Assembly: GCA_050697975.1 (NCBI GenBank)
Contig: JBOHAW010000124.1
Location: forward strand, 1 to 43,815
Direction: 5' to 3'
Source: Gaiellaceae bacterium
GTDB taxonomy: Bacteria > Actinomycetota > Thermoleophilia > Gaiellales > Gaiellaceae
DNA length: 43,815 nt
Shown: piece after piece, positions 16,719-31,950 of the stretch
How the letters are laid out: the number at the start of each line of letters is the position of its first letter
Numbering within the stretch: position 1 is the first letter of the stretch
Position numbers and translations under genes: made by a program
Notes under the pieces: generated by a model
Seen by the model: the letters and a program-made list of their open reading frames with translations, nothing else
Databases searched by the model: none
Told to the model about the DNA's origin: nothing

Positions 16719-17645
16719 CTAGGCAGTGGAGAGCGTCTCCTCGAGCTTCTGCAGCGAGGCGAGGTTGTTCACCGAGACGGCCTTGACGCTGCGGTCGATG
16801 CGCTTGACGAGGCCCGAGAGGACGTTCCCGGGTCCGACCTCGACGAACGTGCGCACGCCCTCCCGCATCAGCTCGGTGGTCGCCTGCGTGAACTTGACCG
16901 GCGACGTGAGCTGGTCGACGAGCAGGGTGCCCATGCGCTGCGCCGGCTCGATCTTCGCCGTCACCGTCGACATGAACGGCGCGATCGGCTCGGCGAAGCG
17001 GACCTTGTCGAGCGCCGGGCGCAGGCGATCCGCAGCACGGGCGACGAGCGGGCTGTGGAAGGCGCCGGAGATCTTGAGCTTGACAGCGCGGCGCGCGCCC
17101 TCACGCTCCGCCTCCGCGCAGCACTCGTCGACGGCCGGGTCCTCCCCGGAGACGACGATCTGCCCGGGGCAGTTGTAGTTCGCCGGCCAGACGCCGGCGA
17201 TCCTGCGGCACAGCGCCTCGACCACCTCGTCTTCGAGGCCGAGGATCGCGGCCATGGAGCCGGGGTTGCTGCGGGCGGTCTCCGCCATCGCCAGCCCACG
17301 CTCGCGCACGAGGGCGATCGCCTCATCGGTTCCGATCGCGCAGGCCGCCGCGAGCGCCGAGAACTCGCCGACGGAGTGGCCGACGACGTAGTCAGGCGTG
17401 ATCCCGCGGGCCCGCAGCGCCGCCAGCACCGCGAGGCTCGTCGCCACGAGCGCCGGCTGCTGTACCTCGGTCTCGACGAGCAACTCGAGCGGCGAGTCGA
17501 AGCAGAGCCGCTTGAGGTCGAGACCGGACGCCACGCTCCCGCGCTCGAAGACCTCCATCGCCTCGGGTGACGCCTCGGCGATCTCGCGGCCCATCCCGAC
17601 CTCGAGCGAGCCCTGGCCGGGGAAGCAGAATGCGATCTTGGTCAA
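16719..17645 (-). CDS. fabD: Malonyl-CoA-ACP transacylase
   Basis: IAFCFPGQGS and GHSVGE motifs. TTG 17645 overlaps the fabH stop (TTGA), has GGAG 8 nt upstream, and gives the canonical (M)[12 protein letters not shown]-terminus. An alternative ATG lies at 17672. Confidence 0.9.
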   Translation of the reverse strand: MTKIAFCFPGQGSLEVGMGREIAEASPEAMEVFERGSVASGLDLKRLCFDSPLELLVETEVQQPALVATSLAVLAALRARGITPDYVVGHSVGEFSALAAACAIGTDEAIALVRERGLAMAETARSNPGSMAAILGLEDEVVEALCRRIAGVWPANYNCPGQIVVSGEDPAVDECCAEAEREGARRAVKLKISGAFHSPLVARAADRLRPALDKVRFAEPIAPFMSTVTAKIEPAQRMGTLLVDQLTSPVKFTQATTELMREGVRTFVEVGPGNVLSGLVKRIDRSVKAVSVNNLASLQKLEETLSTA

Positions 17646-18664
17646 GCGGCTGTCTCCATTTCCTTCGTCCATTCGATCACGCCCGAGCCCCACGTGAGAC
17701 CGGCGCCCATTCCGGTCATCAGTACGAGCTCGCCCGGCTTGAGCCGGCCGTCCGCCGCCGCGTCGGCGAGCGCGAGCGGAATGGAGCCCGAAGAGGTATT
17801 CCCGTATCGGTCGACGTTTGTAACCACGCGCTCCTCCGGGATCCCCAGCTTCCTGGCGGCGTGCTCGATGATGCGGACGTTCGCCTGGTGCGGCACGTAG
17901 ACGTCGATGTCGCTCACGGACAGGCCGCACTCCTCGAGCACCTTCTCGGCCGAGGAGACCAGCACGCGGGTCGCGAACTTGTACACCTCGGGGCCGTTCA
18001 TCTGCACGAAGTGCTGCCCGCCCACGATCGTCTCGTTCCTGGCCGGCGCGCGCGAGCCGCCGGCAGGCAGCGAGAGATGGATGCCGCCAGCGCCGTCGGC
18101 GCCGAGCTCGAAGCCGAGGAAGCCTCCCGACTCGACGCGCTCGAGGACGACCGCGCCCGCGCCGTCGCCGAAGAGCACGCAGGTGCTGCGATCGTGCCAG
18201 TCGACGATCTTCGAGAGCACGTCGCCTCCGACGACGAGCGCCCGCTGCGACAGCCCGGCCGCGAGCATCGCGAAGGCCTGTGCGACCGCGTACACGAAGC
18301 CGGTGCACCCGGCCAGGAGGTCGTACGCGGCGGCGTCCGGCGATCCCAGCGCATCGGCCAGGAGTGCGCTCGTGGTCGGGAACATCGTGTCAGGCGTGAC
18401 GGTGGCGACGATGATCAGGTCGATCGAGGCCGGGTCGGCGCCGGAGTGCTCGAGCGCCTTGCGCGCGGCCGGGAGCGCGAGGTCCGTCATCGCCTCCTCG
18501 GGTGCGGCGACCCGCCGCTCCCGGATCCCGGTGCGCGAGCGGATCCACTCGTCCGAGGTGTCCAACACCGCCGCGAGCTCCAGGTTCGTGACCACCCGGT
18601 CCGGCACGTGGCACCCGAGCCCGGTGATCGAGTACCTCGCTCCGTTCGGCACTTTGCCGATCAC
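17642..18664 (-). CDS. fabH: 3-oxoacyl-ACP synthase III
   Basis: Catalytic Cys in [10 protein letters not shown], plus VPHQANVRI and [12 protein letters not shown] start overlaps the fabZ stop. Confidence 0.95.
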   Translation of the reverse strand: MIGKVPNGARYSITGLGCHVPDRVVTNLELAAVLDTSDEWIRSRTGIRERRVAAPEEAMTDLALPAARKALEHSGADPASIDLIIVATVTPDTMFPTTSALLADALGSPDAAAYDLLAGCTGFVYAVAQAFAMLAAGLSQRALVVGGDVLSKIVDWHDRSTCVLFGDGAGAVVLERVESGGFLGFELGADGAGGIHLSLPAGGSRAPARNETIVGGQHFVQMNGPEVYKFATRVLVSSAEKVLEECGLSVSDIDVYVPHQANVRIIEHAARKLGIPEERVVTNVDRYGNTSSGSIPLALADAAADGRLKPGELVLMTGMGAGLTWGSGVIEWTKEMETAA

Positions 18665-19095
18665 TGCTCGACCGCGAAGGTCAGGTTTCCGCGCACGGCC
18701 AGCTCGCCGTCGACCGTCGCGCGGGCGCGTCCGCGACCGACCGGGCCGCGGAGCTGCTCGAGCTCACAGGTGAGCGTGAGCTCCTCCCCCGGGCGCACGA
18801 CGCGCTTGAAGCGAACGCCGTCGATCCCGGCGAAGAGCGCGAGCTTGCCGCGGTTCTCGTCCTCGGAGAGGACCGCGACCGCGCCCGCCTGGGCCAGGGC
18901 CTCCACCATCAGCACGCCGGGCATGATCGGGTTGCCGGGAAAGTGACCCGCGCAGTGCTCCTCGCGCACGATCGTGCGCGCCACGACACGCGCACCCGGC
19001 TCCAGCTCGAGGACCTCGTCGAGGAGCATGAAGGGCTCCCGGTGCGGCAGGATCGACTCGATCTCCGCCCGGCCGAACGGAAGTGTGGCGATCAC
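18661..19095 (-). CDS. fabZ: 3-hydroxyacyl-ACP dehydratase
   Basis: [12 protein letters not shown] and [22 protein letters not shown] 19095 overlaps the stop of the sigma gene (GTGA). Confidence 0.92.
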   Translation of the reverse strand: MIATLPFGRAEIESILPHREPFMLLDEVLELEPGARVVARTIVREEHCAGHFPGNPIMPGVLMVEALAQAGAVAVLSEDENRGKLALFAGIDGVRFKRVVRPGEELTLTCELEQLRGPVGRGRARATVDGELAVRGNLTFAVEQ

Positions 19096-19712
19096 GCGAC
19101 CGCGTGCTCCAGCGCGGCGAGCCGCTCGCGCAGGCGGGCGCGGGCGCGGTGCGCGTAGCACTTCGCCGTCCCCACGGGCATCTCCGCAGCAGCCGAGATC
19201 TCCTCGAAGGTCAGGTCGAAGCCGTCCTTGAGCACCAGCACACGCGCCTGCGCCGGCGAGATTCCGGCGAGACAGGCTCCGAGCTCGGTGCGCAGCTCCG
19301 AGAGCGCCGCGGCGCGAGCCGGATCGCCGTCGCGCGCCACGCGCGAGTCTTCGTCGAGCGGCTCGTGGCGGCGGCGGGCCTGACGCTCCGCCACGTCGCG
19401 ACACGTGTTCACGACGAGGCGGTGCAGCCAGGTCGCGAACTGGGCCTCGCCGCGAAACTGGCGGATGCGCGCACACAGCTTCGCGAGCGATTCCTGCGCG
19501 GCGTCGCGCGCATCCTCGGTATCGCCGAGCAGATGCCTGCTCAGGCGCTCGACCTTCGGGGCGTGCCGCCCGCACAGCGCAGCCAGCGCCTGTGGGTCCC
19601 CGTCCTTTGCCCGTTTCACCAAGATGGGATCGCTCAGCCTCTCGTACTCCAGCGGCCGCTCGGGCCGAAGGGGTTGCTCGATTGGACGGGCCTTGCGCAA
19701 GGGCGGTTGCAC
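19092..19712 (-). CDS. ECF-type sigma-70 family RNA polymerase sigma factor
   Basis: Region 2 ([28 protein letters not shown]) and region 4 ([30 protein letters not shown]). The exact start is uncertain. GTG 19712 is the longest option and lies 9 nt after a TACACT box. Confidence 0.85.
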   Translation of the reverse strand: MQPPLRKARPIEQPLRPERPLEYERLSDPILVKRAKDGDPQALAALCGRHAPKVERLSRHLLGDTEDARDAAQESLAKLCARIRQFRGEAQFATWLHRLVVNTCRDVAERQARRRHEPLDEDSRVARDGDPARAAALSELRTELGACLAGISPAQARVLVLKDGFDLTFEEISAAAEMPVGTAKCYAHRARARLRERLAALEHAVA

Positions 19713-19721
19713 GATCGAACT

Positions 19722-19727
19722 AGTGTA
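19722..19727 (-). promoter_or_regulatory. -10-like TACACT 9 nt upstream of the sigma-factor GTG
   Basis: The minus strand reads cgccTACACTagttcgatcGTG. Confidence 0.3.
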
Positions 19728-19743
19728 GGCGAGCGCGGTCGGG

Positions 19744-21828
19744 CTACGGATAGCGCGCCGGCAGACTGCGGTTCCCGGCCGCGTCCCAGGCGACCGCGCG
19801 CACGGCGCTCGGGTCCGCCTCGCCGGGCACGGCGTAGACGCCGGCCGCCGGCGCCTTCACCACGTGCCGGCGCCCGCCGGCGACGACGACCACCTCGGCC
19901 CGCTCGCTGACGCGGAACCGGAGAGGCCGGATCCGGACGAGCCGCAGCTCCGGACGCTTCGTGTCCGAGCCGAACGTGACCCTCTGCGACACCATGCCGA
20001 CCACGTCCGTTGCCTGGAGCTCCGCCTCGTACACCCCGTCCAGCAGCCTCCCGTAGCGCTTGCGCCCGTCCCATTCGAGTCGTTGCGCCCCTGGGGCGAG
20101 CGGCCCGGAGAAGACGGTGGCGACCCACCTGCCGGCTCGGAGAATGCGCAGCTTGACCTGTGCCGGAGAGGCCAGGGCGAAGGTGAACGCGAGCCGGTCG
20201 AGCTTCCCGTCGCCGTTGGGTGAGAACGCGGCTCGCGCCGCCGCGAACGCCGAGAGGGTGCGGTTCACGAGCAGAGAAACGCTCGCGGTCGCCTGCCTGC
20301 CGTTCGCGCCGACGGCCGTGAGCACGATCCGGTAGACCCCGTCCGGGACCGACTCGGCCGTGAACGCGAAGCTCTGCTGCCCGGCGGGCCGCCCCTCCGA
20401 GAAGAGCGTCGCCAGCTGGCTCCCCGCCGGATCGACGAGCGTCGCCGTGACCGTGGCCGGCGCGGTCAGCGTGTACGAGATCACGGTCGAGTCGTCGCGG
20501 CCGTCGCCGTTCGGCGTCACCGACGAGGGCCGCGCGGCCGCGTTCGTGACGGCGAGCGTGACCGCCCGTGCGCCGAGCGTGCCGGTGGCAGGGCGAACAC
20601 CCTCCCCACCGGACATCGTCCACGAATACGACCCGGACGGCACCGCCGTCGCGTCCCAAGTCCAGTCAACGGAGTCGCCGGTCCCGCCGCCGGTCGCGAC
20701 CGTCTTCCCCAGCGCGTCGACGACGGTCACAGTCCAGGACGCGGGCGCCGAGAGCCGGCCGGTGAAGCGCACCGTGCCGCCCGGGCCGCCGCGGACGGTC
20801 GGTCCGTAGAGCTTCGGCAGGCCGGTGAGCGAGACAACCTGCGCGACGTCGGCGAGCACACCGTAGATCCGGTTCCCCGGGCAGCTCGTGAAGCCGGTGT
20901 CGCGGTGTCCGGACACGGCACGGAGCGGGACGGGCGTGCCGCTCGGGAAGCGGGAGTTGCCGCCGGAGAGCCAGCTGACGGTCGCGAGCGGGTCGACGTG
21001 CGCGACGTCGAGCCGCCACGCGAGCACGTTCACGAGCGCCGCGCGCGCGGCCGCCGACAGCGAGACGCCGCCGTAGTTGCCCAGCACCGCGACCCCGACG
21101 GACCCGGTGTTGAAGCCCTCGGCGTGCGCCCCGACGACGTTCCGCTCCACCCCGCCGAAGCGGCCCTCGAACACCTGGCCGTACTTGTCGACGAGGAAGT
21201 TGTAGCCGATGTCGTTCCACCCGTTGCCGCGCACGTGGTAAAGCTGGATCGCGCGGACGACGGCCGCGGACTCCGCGCGTGTGTACGAGTTCGAGCCGGC
21301 CGTGTGGTGCACGACCGCGAACTGCACCGAGGCCGCGTACAGGGGCGCCGCGCGCCTGATCAGCTCGTTCGCACCCCAGGAGAGGCGCGGCACGACCGCA
21401 GGCGAGGCGGCTTCCGCGACGGCGCGCGCCGGGCCGGGCCCGGCGGCACTCCAGACGAGGTGAGCGCGCAGCCGGCGCACTGTTCCGCGTACCCGGTACT
21501 CGATCCGGTCGGACGGGCCCGTCCAGTAGGGGTTCCCGAGGCGCCAGCCGGGCCGGCTCCGCTCGCGGCTCGCGGCGTCCGGGCGGTCCTCGTCCTCGGG
21601 CGCGGCCGGGTGCCAGCCGCTCCAGCGGCCGGCCAGGCTCCTCGTGCGGAAGCTGACCGCGCCCGGCCCCTGCCAGTGCAGACCGACCAGCGTGAAGCGC
21701 GGCGTCGCCTGCGCGAGCTCCCGCCCTCCGGCGAGAGGAAGATCGCGCGAGACGATCGAGGCAGGCTCCGCGCGCGCGAGCGAAGGCGCGGCGAGGAGGA
21801 GGAGTGAGGAGAATACGGCGAGCTTCAT
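19744..21828 (-). CDS. Secreted N-acetylmuramoyl-L-alanine amidase (PGRP/Amidase_2) with C-terminal FlgD-Ig-like repeats
   Basis: Signal peptide MKLAVFSSLLLLAAPSLARA. Amidase core AVVHHTAG..GWNDIGYNFLVDKYG..GAHAEGFNTGS. Repeated ..NGDG(R/K)xD.. beta-sandwich modules. Start at ATG 21828. Confidence 0.88.
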   Translation of the reverse strand: MKLAVFSSLLLLAAPSLARAEPASIVSRDLPLAGGRELAQATPRFTLVGLHWQGPGAVSFRTRSLAGRWSGWHPAAPEDEDRPDAASRERSRPGWRLGNPYWTGPSDRIEYRVRGTVRRLRAHLVWSAAGPGPARAVAEAASPAVVPRLSWGANELIRRAAPLYAASVQFAVVHHTAGSNSYTRAESAAVVRAIQLYHVRGNGWNDIGYNFLVDKYGQVFEGRFGGVERNVVGAHAEGFNTGSVGVAVLGNYGGVSLSAAARAALVNVLAWRLDVAHVDPLATVSWLSGGNSRFPSGTPVPLRAVSGHRDTGFTSCPGNRIYGVLADVAQVVSLTGLPKLYGPTVRGGPGGTVRFTGRLSAPASWTVTVVDALGKTVATGGGTGDSVDWTWDATAVPSGSYSWTMSGGEGVRPATGTLGARAVTLAVTNAAARPSSVTPNGDGRDDSTVISYTLTAPATVTATLVDPAGSQLATLFSEGRPAGQQSFAFTAESVPDGVYRIVLTAVGANGRQATASVSLLVNRTLSAFAAARAAFSPNGDGKLDRLAFTFALASPAQVKLRILRAGRWVATVFSGPLAPGAQRLEWDGRKRYGRLLDGVYEAELQATDVVGMVSQRVTFGSDTKRPELRLVRIRPLRFRVSERAEVVVVAGGRRHVVKAPAAGVYAVPGEADPSAVRAVAWDAAGNRSLPARYP

Positions 21829-21893
21829 GCGGGTCGACCCCGTCTTAGGGTGGCAAACGACCACCTTCGCGGACAAGGCCGGCGCCCCTCCCC

Positions 21894-21902
21894 TGATAGA
21901 AT
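21894..21902 (+). promoter_or_regulatory. Extended -10 TGaTAGAAT 8 nt upstream of the nfeD GTG (candidate leaderless promoter)
   Basis: ccTGATAGAATccttacagGTG. Confidence 0.4.
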
Positions 21903-21910
21903 CCTTACAG

Positions 21911-23221
21911 GTGGAAGCACGGCGCCAGCGGCGTTTTCTTGGCGTCTCGAGCGCAGTCCTGATCGCGCTGGTCGCAGCCTCCGCAGCCGCGGGGGCGACA
22001 CCGCGGGTGCTCGCGATCGAGTTCGACAACGACGTCAATCCGGTCACGGCCGACTTCGTCATCGGCCAGATCGAGCGCGCCGCCGAGGAGAACTTCGACG
22101 CCGTGGTGATCCTGCTCGACACCCCCGGGGGTCTGAGCAGCTCGATGGAGAAGATCTACAAGCGCGAGCTCGCCTCGCGCGTGCCGGTGATCGTCTACGT
22201 CGCGCCGCGCGGAGCGGAGGCCACCTCGGCCGGCGTGTTCCTCGCCCAGGCGGCCGACCTGCTCGCAATGGCGCCGACGACGAGCATCGGCTCCTCGACG
22301 CCGATCGGGCAGGGCGGCGAGGATCTCGGGAAGGACCTGCGTGCAAAGGCCGTGAACAAGTTCGCCTCGACGCTGCGCGGGATGGCCGAGGACCACGGCC
22401 GCAACGGCGCGTGGGCGGACGCGGCGGTGCGACGGGCGGCAAACCTGACCGCACGAGAGGCGCTCGAGCGCGACGTGATCGACACCATCGCACCCAACCT
22501 GCCTGCGCTACTCGAGCGGGTGGACGGGCAGCGGACGAAGCCGAAGGGGATCGTCCTAAACACCGCCGGCGCGTCGATCGAGCGCGTCGAGATGTCACTG
22601 TGGAAGCGGATCCTCGACACGCTGATCGACGGCAACATCATCGCGCTGATGCTCTCGATCGGCGTGCTCGGCATCGTCGTCGAGCTCTGGAATCCGGGGC
22701 TGATCTTCCCCGGCGCGGTCGGCGGCATCTCGCTGATCATGGGTCTGTTCGGACTGTCCGTGCTGCCCGTCAGCGGAGCCGGCGTGCTCCTGATGCTGCT
22801 CGCGGCCGGCTTCTTCGCCGCCGAGCCGTTCGTCGTCAGCCACGGCGCGCTCGCGCTCGCCGGAGCGGTCTGCTTCGTCTTCGGCGCCCTGCTCCTCTTC
22901 GACCCGGCCGGGCCCAACTACGAGGTCTCCCTCTCCGTCGCGATCGGCATCGCCGGCACCCTCGCGCTCTTCATGGCATTCGCGGTGGCGAAGGTCGTGC
23001 AGGTGCGGCGCAAGCCAGTCGAGGTCGGCGTCCACGGCCTCGTCGGCGCGAGGGGACAGGTCCGCCGTGACGGCTACGTGCTCGTGCACGGCGAGCTGTG
23101 GCGTGCTCGGGCGGCGGGCGGCGAAGTGCTCGTCCCCGGCCACGACGTCGAGGTCGACAGCGTCGAGGACGGGCTCGTGCTGAACGTCCACCCGGTGCGC
23201 GCGTCCGAGCCCGCCGCCTAG
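21911..23221 (+). CDS. NfeD family membrane-bound ClpP-class protease
   Basis: Signal/anchor segment, then a ClpP-like domain (VVILLDTPGGL..SAGVFLAQAADL), TM bundle and C-terminal OB-fold (VLVHGELWRARA). The upstream part of the 525-aa ORF overlaps the divergent amidase start and is rejected. Confidence 0.85.
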   Translation: MEARRQRRFLGVSSAVLIALVAASAAAGATPRVLAIEFDNDVNPVTADFVIGQIERAAEENFDAVVILLDTPGGLSSSMEKIYKRELASRVPVIVYVAPRGAEATSAGVFLAQAADLLAMAPTTSIGSSTPIGQGGEDLGKDLRAKAVNKFASTLRGMAEDHGRNGAWADAAVRRAANLTAREALERDVIDTIAPNLPALLERVDGQRTKPKGIVLNTAGASIERVEMSLWKRILDTLIDGNIIALMLSIGVLGIVVELWNPGLIFPGAVGGISLIMGLFGLSVLPVSGAGVLLMLLAAGFFAAEPFVVSHGALALAGAVCFVFGALLLFDPAGPNYEVSLSVAIGIAGTLALFMAFAVAKVVQVRRKPVEVGVHGLVGARGQVRRDGYVLVHGELWRARAAGGEVLVPGHDVEVDSVEDGLVLNVHPVRASEPAA

Positions 23222-23257
23222 GATCTCCCGGCAACCCTCCTCGGAAAGGACGACTCG

Positions 23258-24019
23258 ATGGCCGTTCTGATCGTGATCGCCGCCGTCGCTCTGATGTTCA
23301 TCCTCTTCCTCTCGGCCGCGATCAAGGTCGCGCGGGAGTACGAACGCGGCGTGGTCTTCCGCCTCGGCCGGCTGCTCGATCCGCCCAAGGGGCCCGGCCT
23401 GTTCCTGCTGATCCCGGTGATCGACCGCATGGTGAAGGTCGACCTACGCACGATCACGCTCAACATCCCGCCCCAGGAAGTGATCACGAGGGACAACGTC
23501 CCCGCGCGCGTGAACGCGGTCGCCTACTTCCGCATCGTCGAGCCGAAGGCGGCGATCGTGCAGATCGAGAACTTCATGGTCGCGACCTCGCAGATCGCGC
23601 AGACGACGCTGCGTTCGGTGCTCGGCCAGCACGTGCTCGACGAGCTCCTCGCCGAGCGCGACAAGATCAACACGATCCTGCAGGAGATCATCGACGAGGC
23701 CACCTCTCCGTGGGGGATCAAGGTCTCGATCGTCGAGGTCAAGGACGTCGAGATCCCGGGTGGGATGCAGCGCGCGATGGCGCGGCAGGCCGAGGCCGAG
23801 CGCGAGCGGCGCGCGAAGGTGATCAACGCCGAGGGCGAGTTCCAGGCGTCCGAGCGGCTCAAGGACGCGGCGCTCGTGATGCAGGAGACGCCGATCGCCC
23901 TGCAGCTGCGCTACCTGCAGACGCTGCTCGAGATCGGGGCGACCAACGCCACGACGATCGTGTTCCCGGCGCCGATCGACCTACTGAAGCCCTTCCTGGA
24001 TCGCGACTCGAAATCCTGA
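23258..24019 (+). CDS. SPFH/stomatin (slipin) family protein
   Basis: N-terminal TM segment, then a typical stomatin core ([40 protein letters not shown]). GAAAGGA ribosome-binding site. Confidence 0.92.
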   Translation: MAVLIVIAAVALMFILFLSAAIKVAREYERGVVFRLGRLLDPPKGPGLFLLIPVIDRMVKVDLRTITLNIPPQEVITRDNVPARVNAVAYFRIVEPKAAIVQIENFMVATSQIAQTTLRSVLGQHVLDELLAERDKINTILQEIIDEATSPWGIKVSIVEVKDVEIPGGMQRAMARQAEAERERRAKVINAEGEFQASERLKDAALVMQETPIALQLRYLQTLLEIGATNATTIVFPAPIDLLKPFLDRDSKS

Positions 24020-24897
24020 GCGGCGAGCGGCGCGTCGACGTCCTCTCGGGCCGCGAGGTCGTCATCGCGCCCGGGCGGGCGCGAAGGCCGGGCGCGGGTG
24101 GCGCCCGGATCGAGGACGCGACGTCCGCCGAGCTCGAGGACTGCCCGTTCTGCGAGGGACGCGAGGGCCGGACTCCGCCAGAGACGCTCGCCCTCGGCCG
24201 GCCCGGCGACGAACCGGACACCCCGGGCTGGCGCATCCGGGTCGTGCCGAACCTCTACCCGGCCTTCGAGCGGCAGGAGGTGGTGATCCACACGCCTGTG
24301 CACGTCCGCTCTTTTGCCGAGCTCGGGGACGACCAGCTCGGACTCGTCGCCGAGGCGTGGCAAGAGCGACGGCGCGCCGTCGCCGGCGGCTACCTCCACG
24401 CACTCGTCAACGAGGGGAGAGCGGCAGGGGCGAGCCTCCCCCACACGCACTCGCAGCTGGTCTGGTTCCACGACGAGCCCCCGGCGGTCGCCGAGGAGCG
24501 GGGACGAGAGTGCGGCGTCTGTGCCTTACTCCGAGACCACACCCGCACCGGCGCGCTCGCGATCTCCGAGCGGGACGGCGTCGTCCTGCTCGGCGCACAG
24601 GCCGGCCGCGCCCCGTACGAGCTGCTGATCGCGCCCCGCACCCACGGCGAAGGCGCATTCGCCAGCGACCTCCTGCCGACCGCCCTCGAGCTGCTCGCCG
24701 ACGGGATCCGCCGGCTTCGGGCGATCGAGGGGCCGGTGCCCTGGAACGCATGGCTGCACGACTCCGGTCACTGGCACCTCGAGGTCCTCCCGCGCCTGAC
24801 CGCGCTCGCGGGCATCGAGCTCGGCGCGGGCGTCTACGTCAACTCGCTCGCTCCCGAGGAGGCGGCTGCGGCTCTGCGCGAGGCTCCGGCTAGCTGA
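24016..24897 (+). CDS. GalT-branch HIT nucleotidyltransferase (galactose-1-phosphate uridylyltransferase-like)
   Basis: Zn site CPFCEG and HxHxQ active site LPHTHSQL. The conserved N-terminus ([21 protein letters not shown]) has no ATG/GTG/TTG start. CTG 24016 overlaps the SPFH stop (CTGA). Confidence 0.75.
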   Translation: MSGERRVDVLSGREVVIAPGRARRPGAGGARIEDATSAELEDCPFCEGREGRTPPETLALGRPGDEPDTPGWRIRVVPNLYPAFERQEVVIHTPVHVRSFAELGDDQLGLVAEAWQERRRAVAGGYLHALVNEGRAAGASLPHTHSQLVWFHDEPPAVAEERGRECGVCALLRDHTRTGALAISERDGVVLLGAQAGRAPYELLIAPRTHGEGAFASDLLPTALELLADGIRRLRAIEGPVPWNAWLHDSGHWHLEVLPRLTALAGIELGAGVYVNSLAPEEAAAALREAPAS

Positions 24898-25201
24898 GCC
24901 CTGGGCCGTACTCGGCCGGGTGATTCTCGCGGAAGCGGCGAGCCGCGTCGATCGCCGCGCCGAGGTTCAGACCCTTGTCCTTGGCCTGCTTGATCAGCAT
25001 CACCGTCTCGAGCGCATCGATGTCGTAGATCCGCTGCTTCTTGCCCTTGGTGGGGATCTGGGCCTTGTTCGTCCAGTAGTCGAGCTGCATCTTCGAGATG
25101 CCGGCGATCTGGCAGACCTGACCCAGATAGAGCTCGACCTTGCCGAGGTGCTCCGTGAGATTCACCGGTTCCAGTAGATCGAGTTGTCTACCGACTGCCA
25201 T
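24890..25201 (-). CDS. Short MerR-family helix-turn-helix DNA-binding protein (no effector domain)
   Basis: LYLGQVCQIAGISKMQLDYWTNKAQIPTKGKKQRIYDIDALETVMLIKQAKDKGLNL fits the MerR N-terminal HTH plus wing. AGGAG lies 7 nt upstream of ATG 25201. Noticeably less GC-rich than its neighbours. Confidence 0.7.
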   Translation of the reverse strand: MAVGRQLDLLEPVNLTEHLGKVELYLGQVCQIAGISKMQLDYWTNKAQIPTKGKKQRIYDIDALETVMLIKQAKDKGLNLGAAIDAARRFRENHPAEYGPGLS

Positions 25202-25225
25202 GTGCCCACTCCTAACGCGAATGTA

Positions 25226-25273
25226 CCCCTCTCCCACAGTTATAGAGACATTGCTTCACTTTGGGAAGAGGGG
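25226..25273. repeat. Imperfect inverted repeat CCCCTCTCCCA / TGGGAAGAGGGG flanking an AT-rich 25-nt core, between the gyrA stop and the MerR-like start
   Basis: Read directly from the sequence. 11-bp arms with one bulged base. The core is cagttatagagacattgcttcactt. Confidence 0.5.
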
Positions 25274-25285
25274 AAGCTGAAAATG

Positions 25286-31476
<6,191 letters not shown>

Positions 31477-31482
31477 CACCGC

Positions 31483-31488
31483 ATTCTA
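31483..31488 (-). promoter_or_regulatory. -10-like TAGAAT for gyrB-gyrA, just downstream of the DUF721 stop
   Basis: The minus strand reads ctggTAGAATgcggtg..., about 40 nt before the gyrB ATG. Confidence 0.4.
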
Positions 31489-31494
31489 CCAGAA

Positions 31495-31950
31495 TCAGCG
31501 GCCGGAGGCGGCCCGAGCGAGACTGGCGGCGGCGGCTCGGGCGACCAGCTCGCGCAGGTCGGCGTCGTCGATCGCGGCGGTGAGCGAGTGCGCCAGCTCG
31601 AGCTCCCCGGCGCTCGGAGCCGGAGGTGGAGGGAGCCGTACGGACAGATCCTCGGCGGCGGGCTCCGGCAGGCGTCCGACCGCGAAGCGAAGCGCGCGCG
31701 GAGCGGTCTCGCCCATCGATGACCGCAGCCGCTCGAGCACCGTCGGGGCGAGCTGCGAGAGCTCGAACGCCCACGCCGAGGAGTCCGTGCTCACGTGCAG
31801 CGTGCCGTCGCGTGCGAGCCGGGCCGGCCAGGCGTGGCGGGCGATCGCCTCGCCGACCGCGGGGGTCCAGACCGCCACCAGCTCCGCCATTCCGGCCGCC
31901 GGACCGAAGCGGCCGAGCTCGCGCCTCACCTCGCGCCCGATCTGCTTCAT
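31495..31950 (-). CDS. DUF721 / DciA-like protein (the recF-gyrB spacer gene typical of Actinobacteria)
   Basis: ..LVAVWTPAVGEAIARHAWPARLARDGTLHVSTDSSAWAFELSQL.. Start at ATG 31950, or GTG 31953, which overlaps the recF stop. Confidence 0.8.
   Translation of the reverse strand: MKQIGREVRRELGRFGPAAGMAELVAVWTPAVGEAIARHAWPARLARDGTLHVSTDSSAWAFELSQLAPTVLERLRSSMGETAPRALRFAVGRLPEPAAEDLSVRLPPPPAPSAGELELAHSLTAAIDDADLRELVARAAAASLARAASGR

Noticed and set aside
21644-21910. N-terminal extension of the NfeD ORF (525-aa version)
   Set aside because: The extension would run through the divergent amidase start and signal-peptide codons and looks non-coding. The GTG at 21911, preceded by TGaTAGAAT, gives a normal signal-anchor N-terminus.
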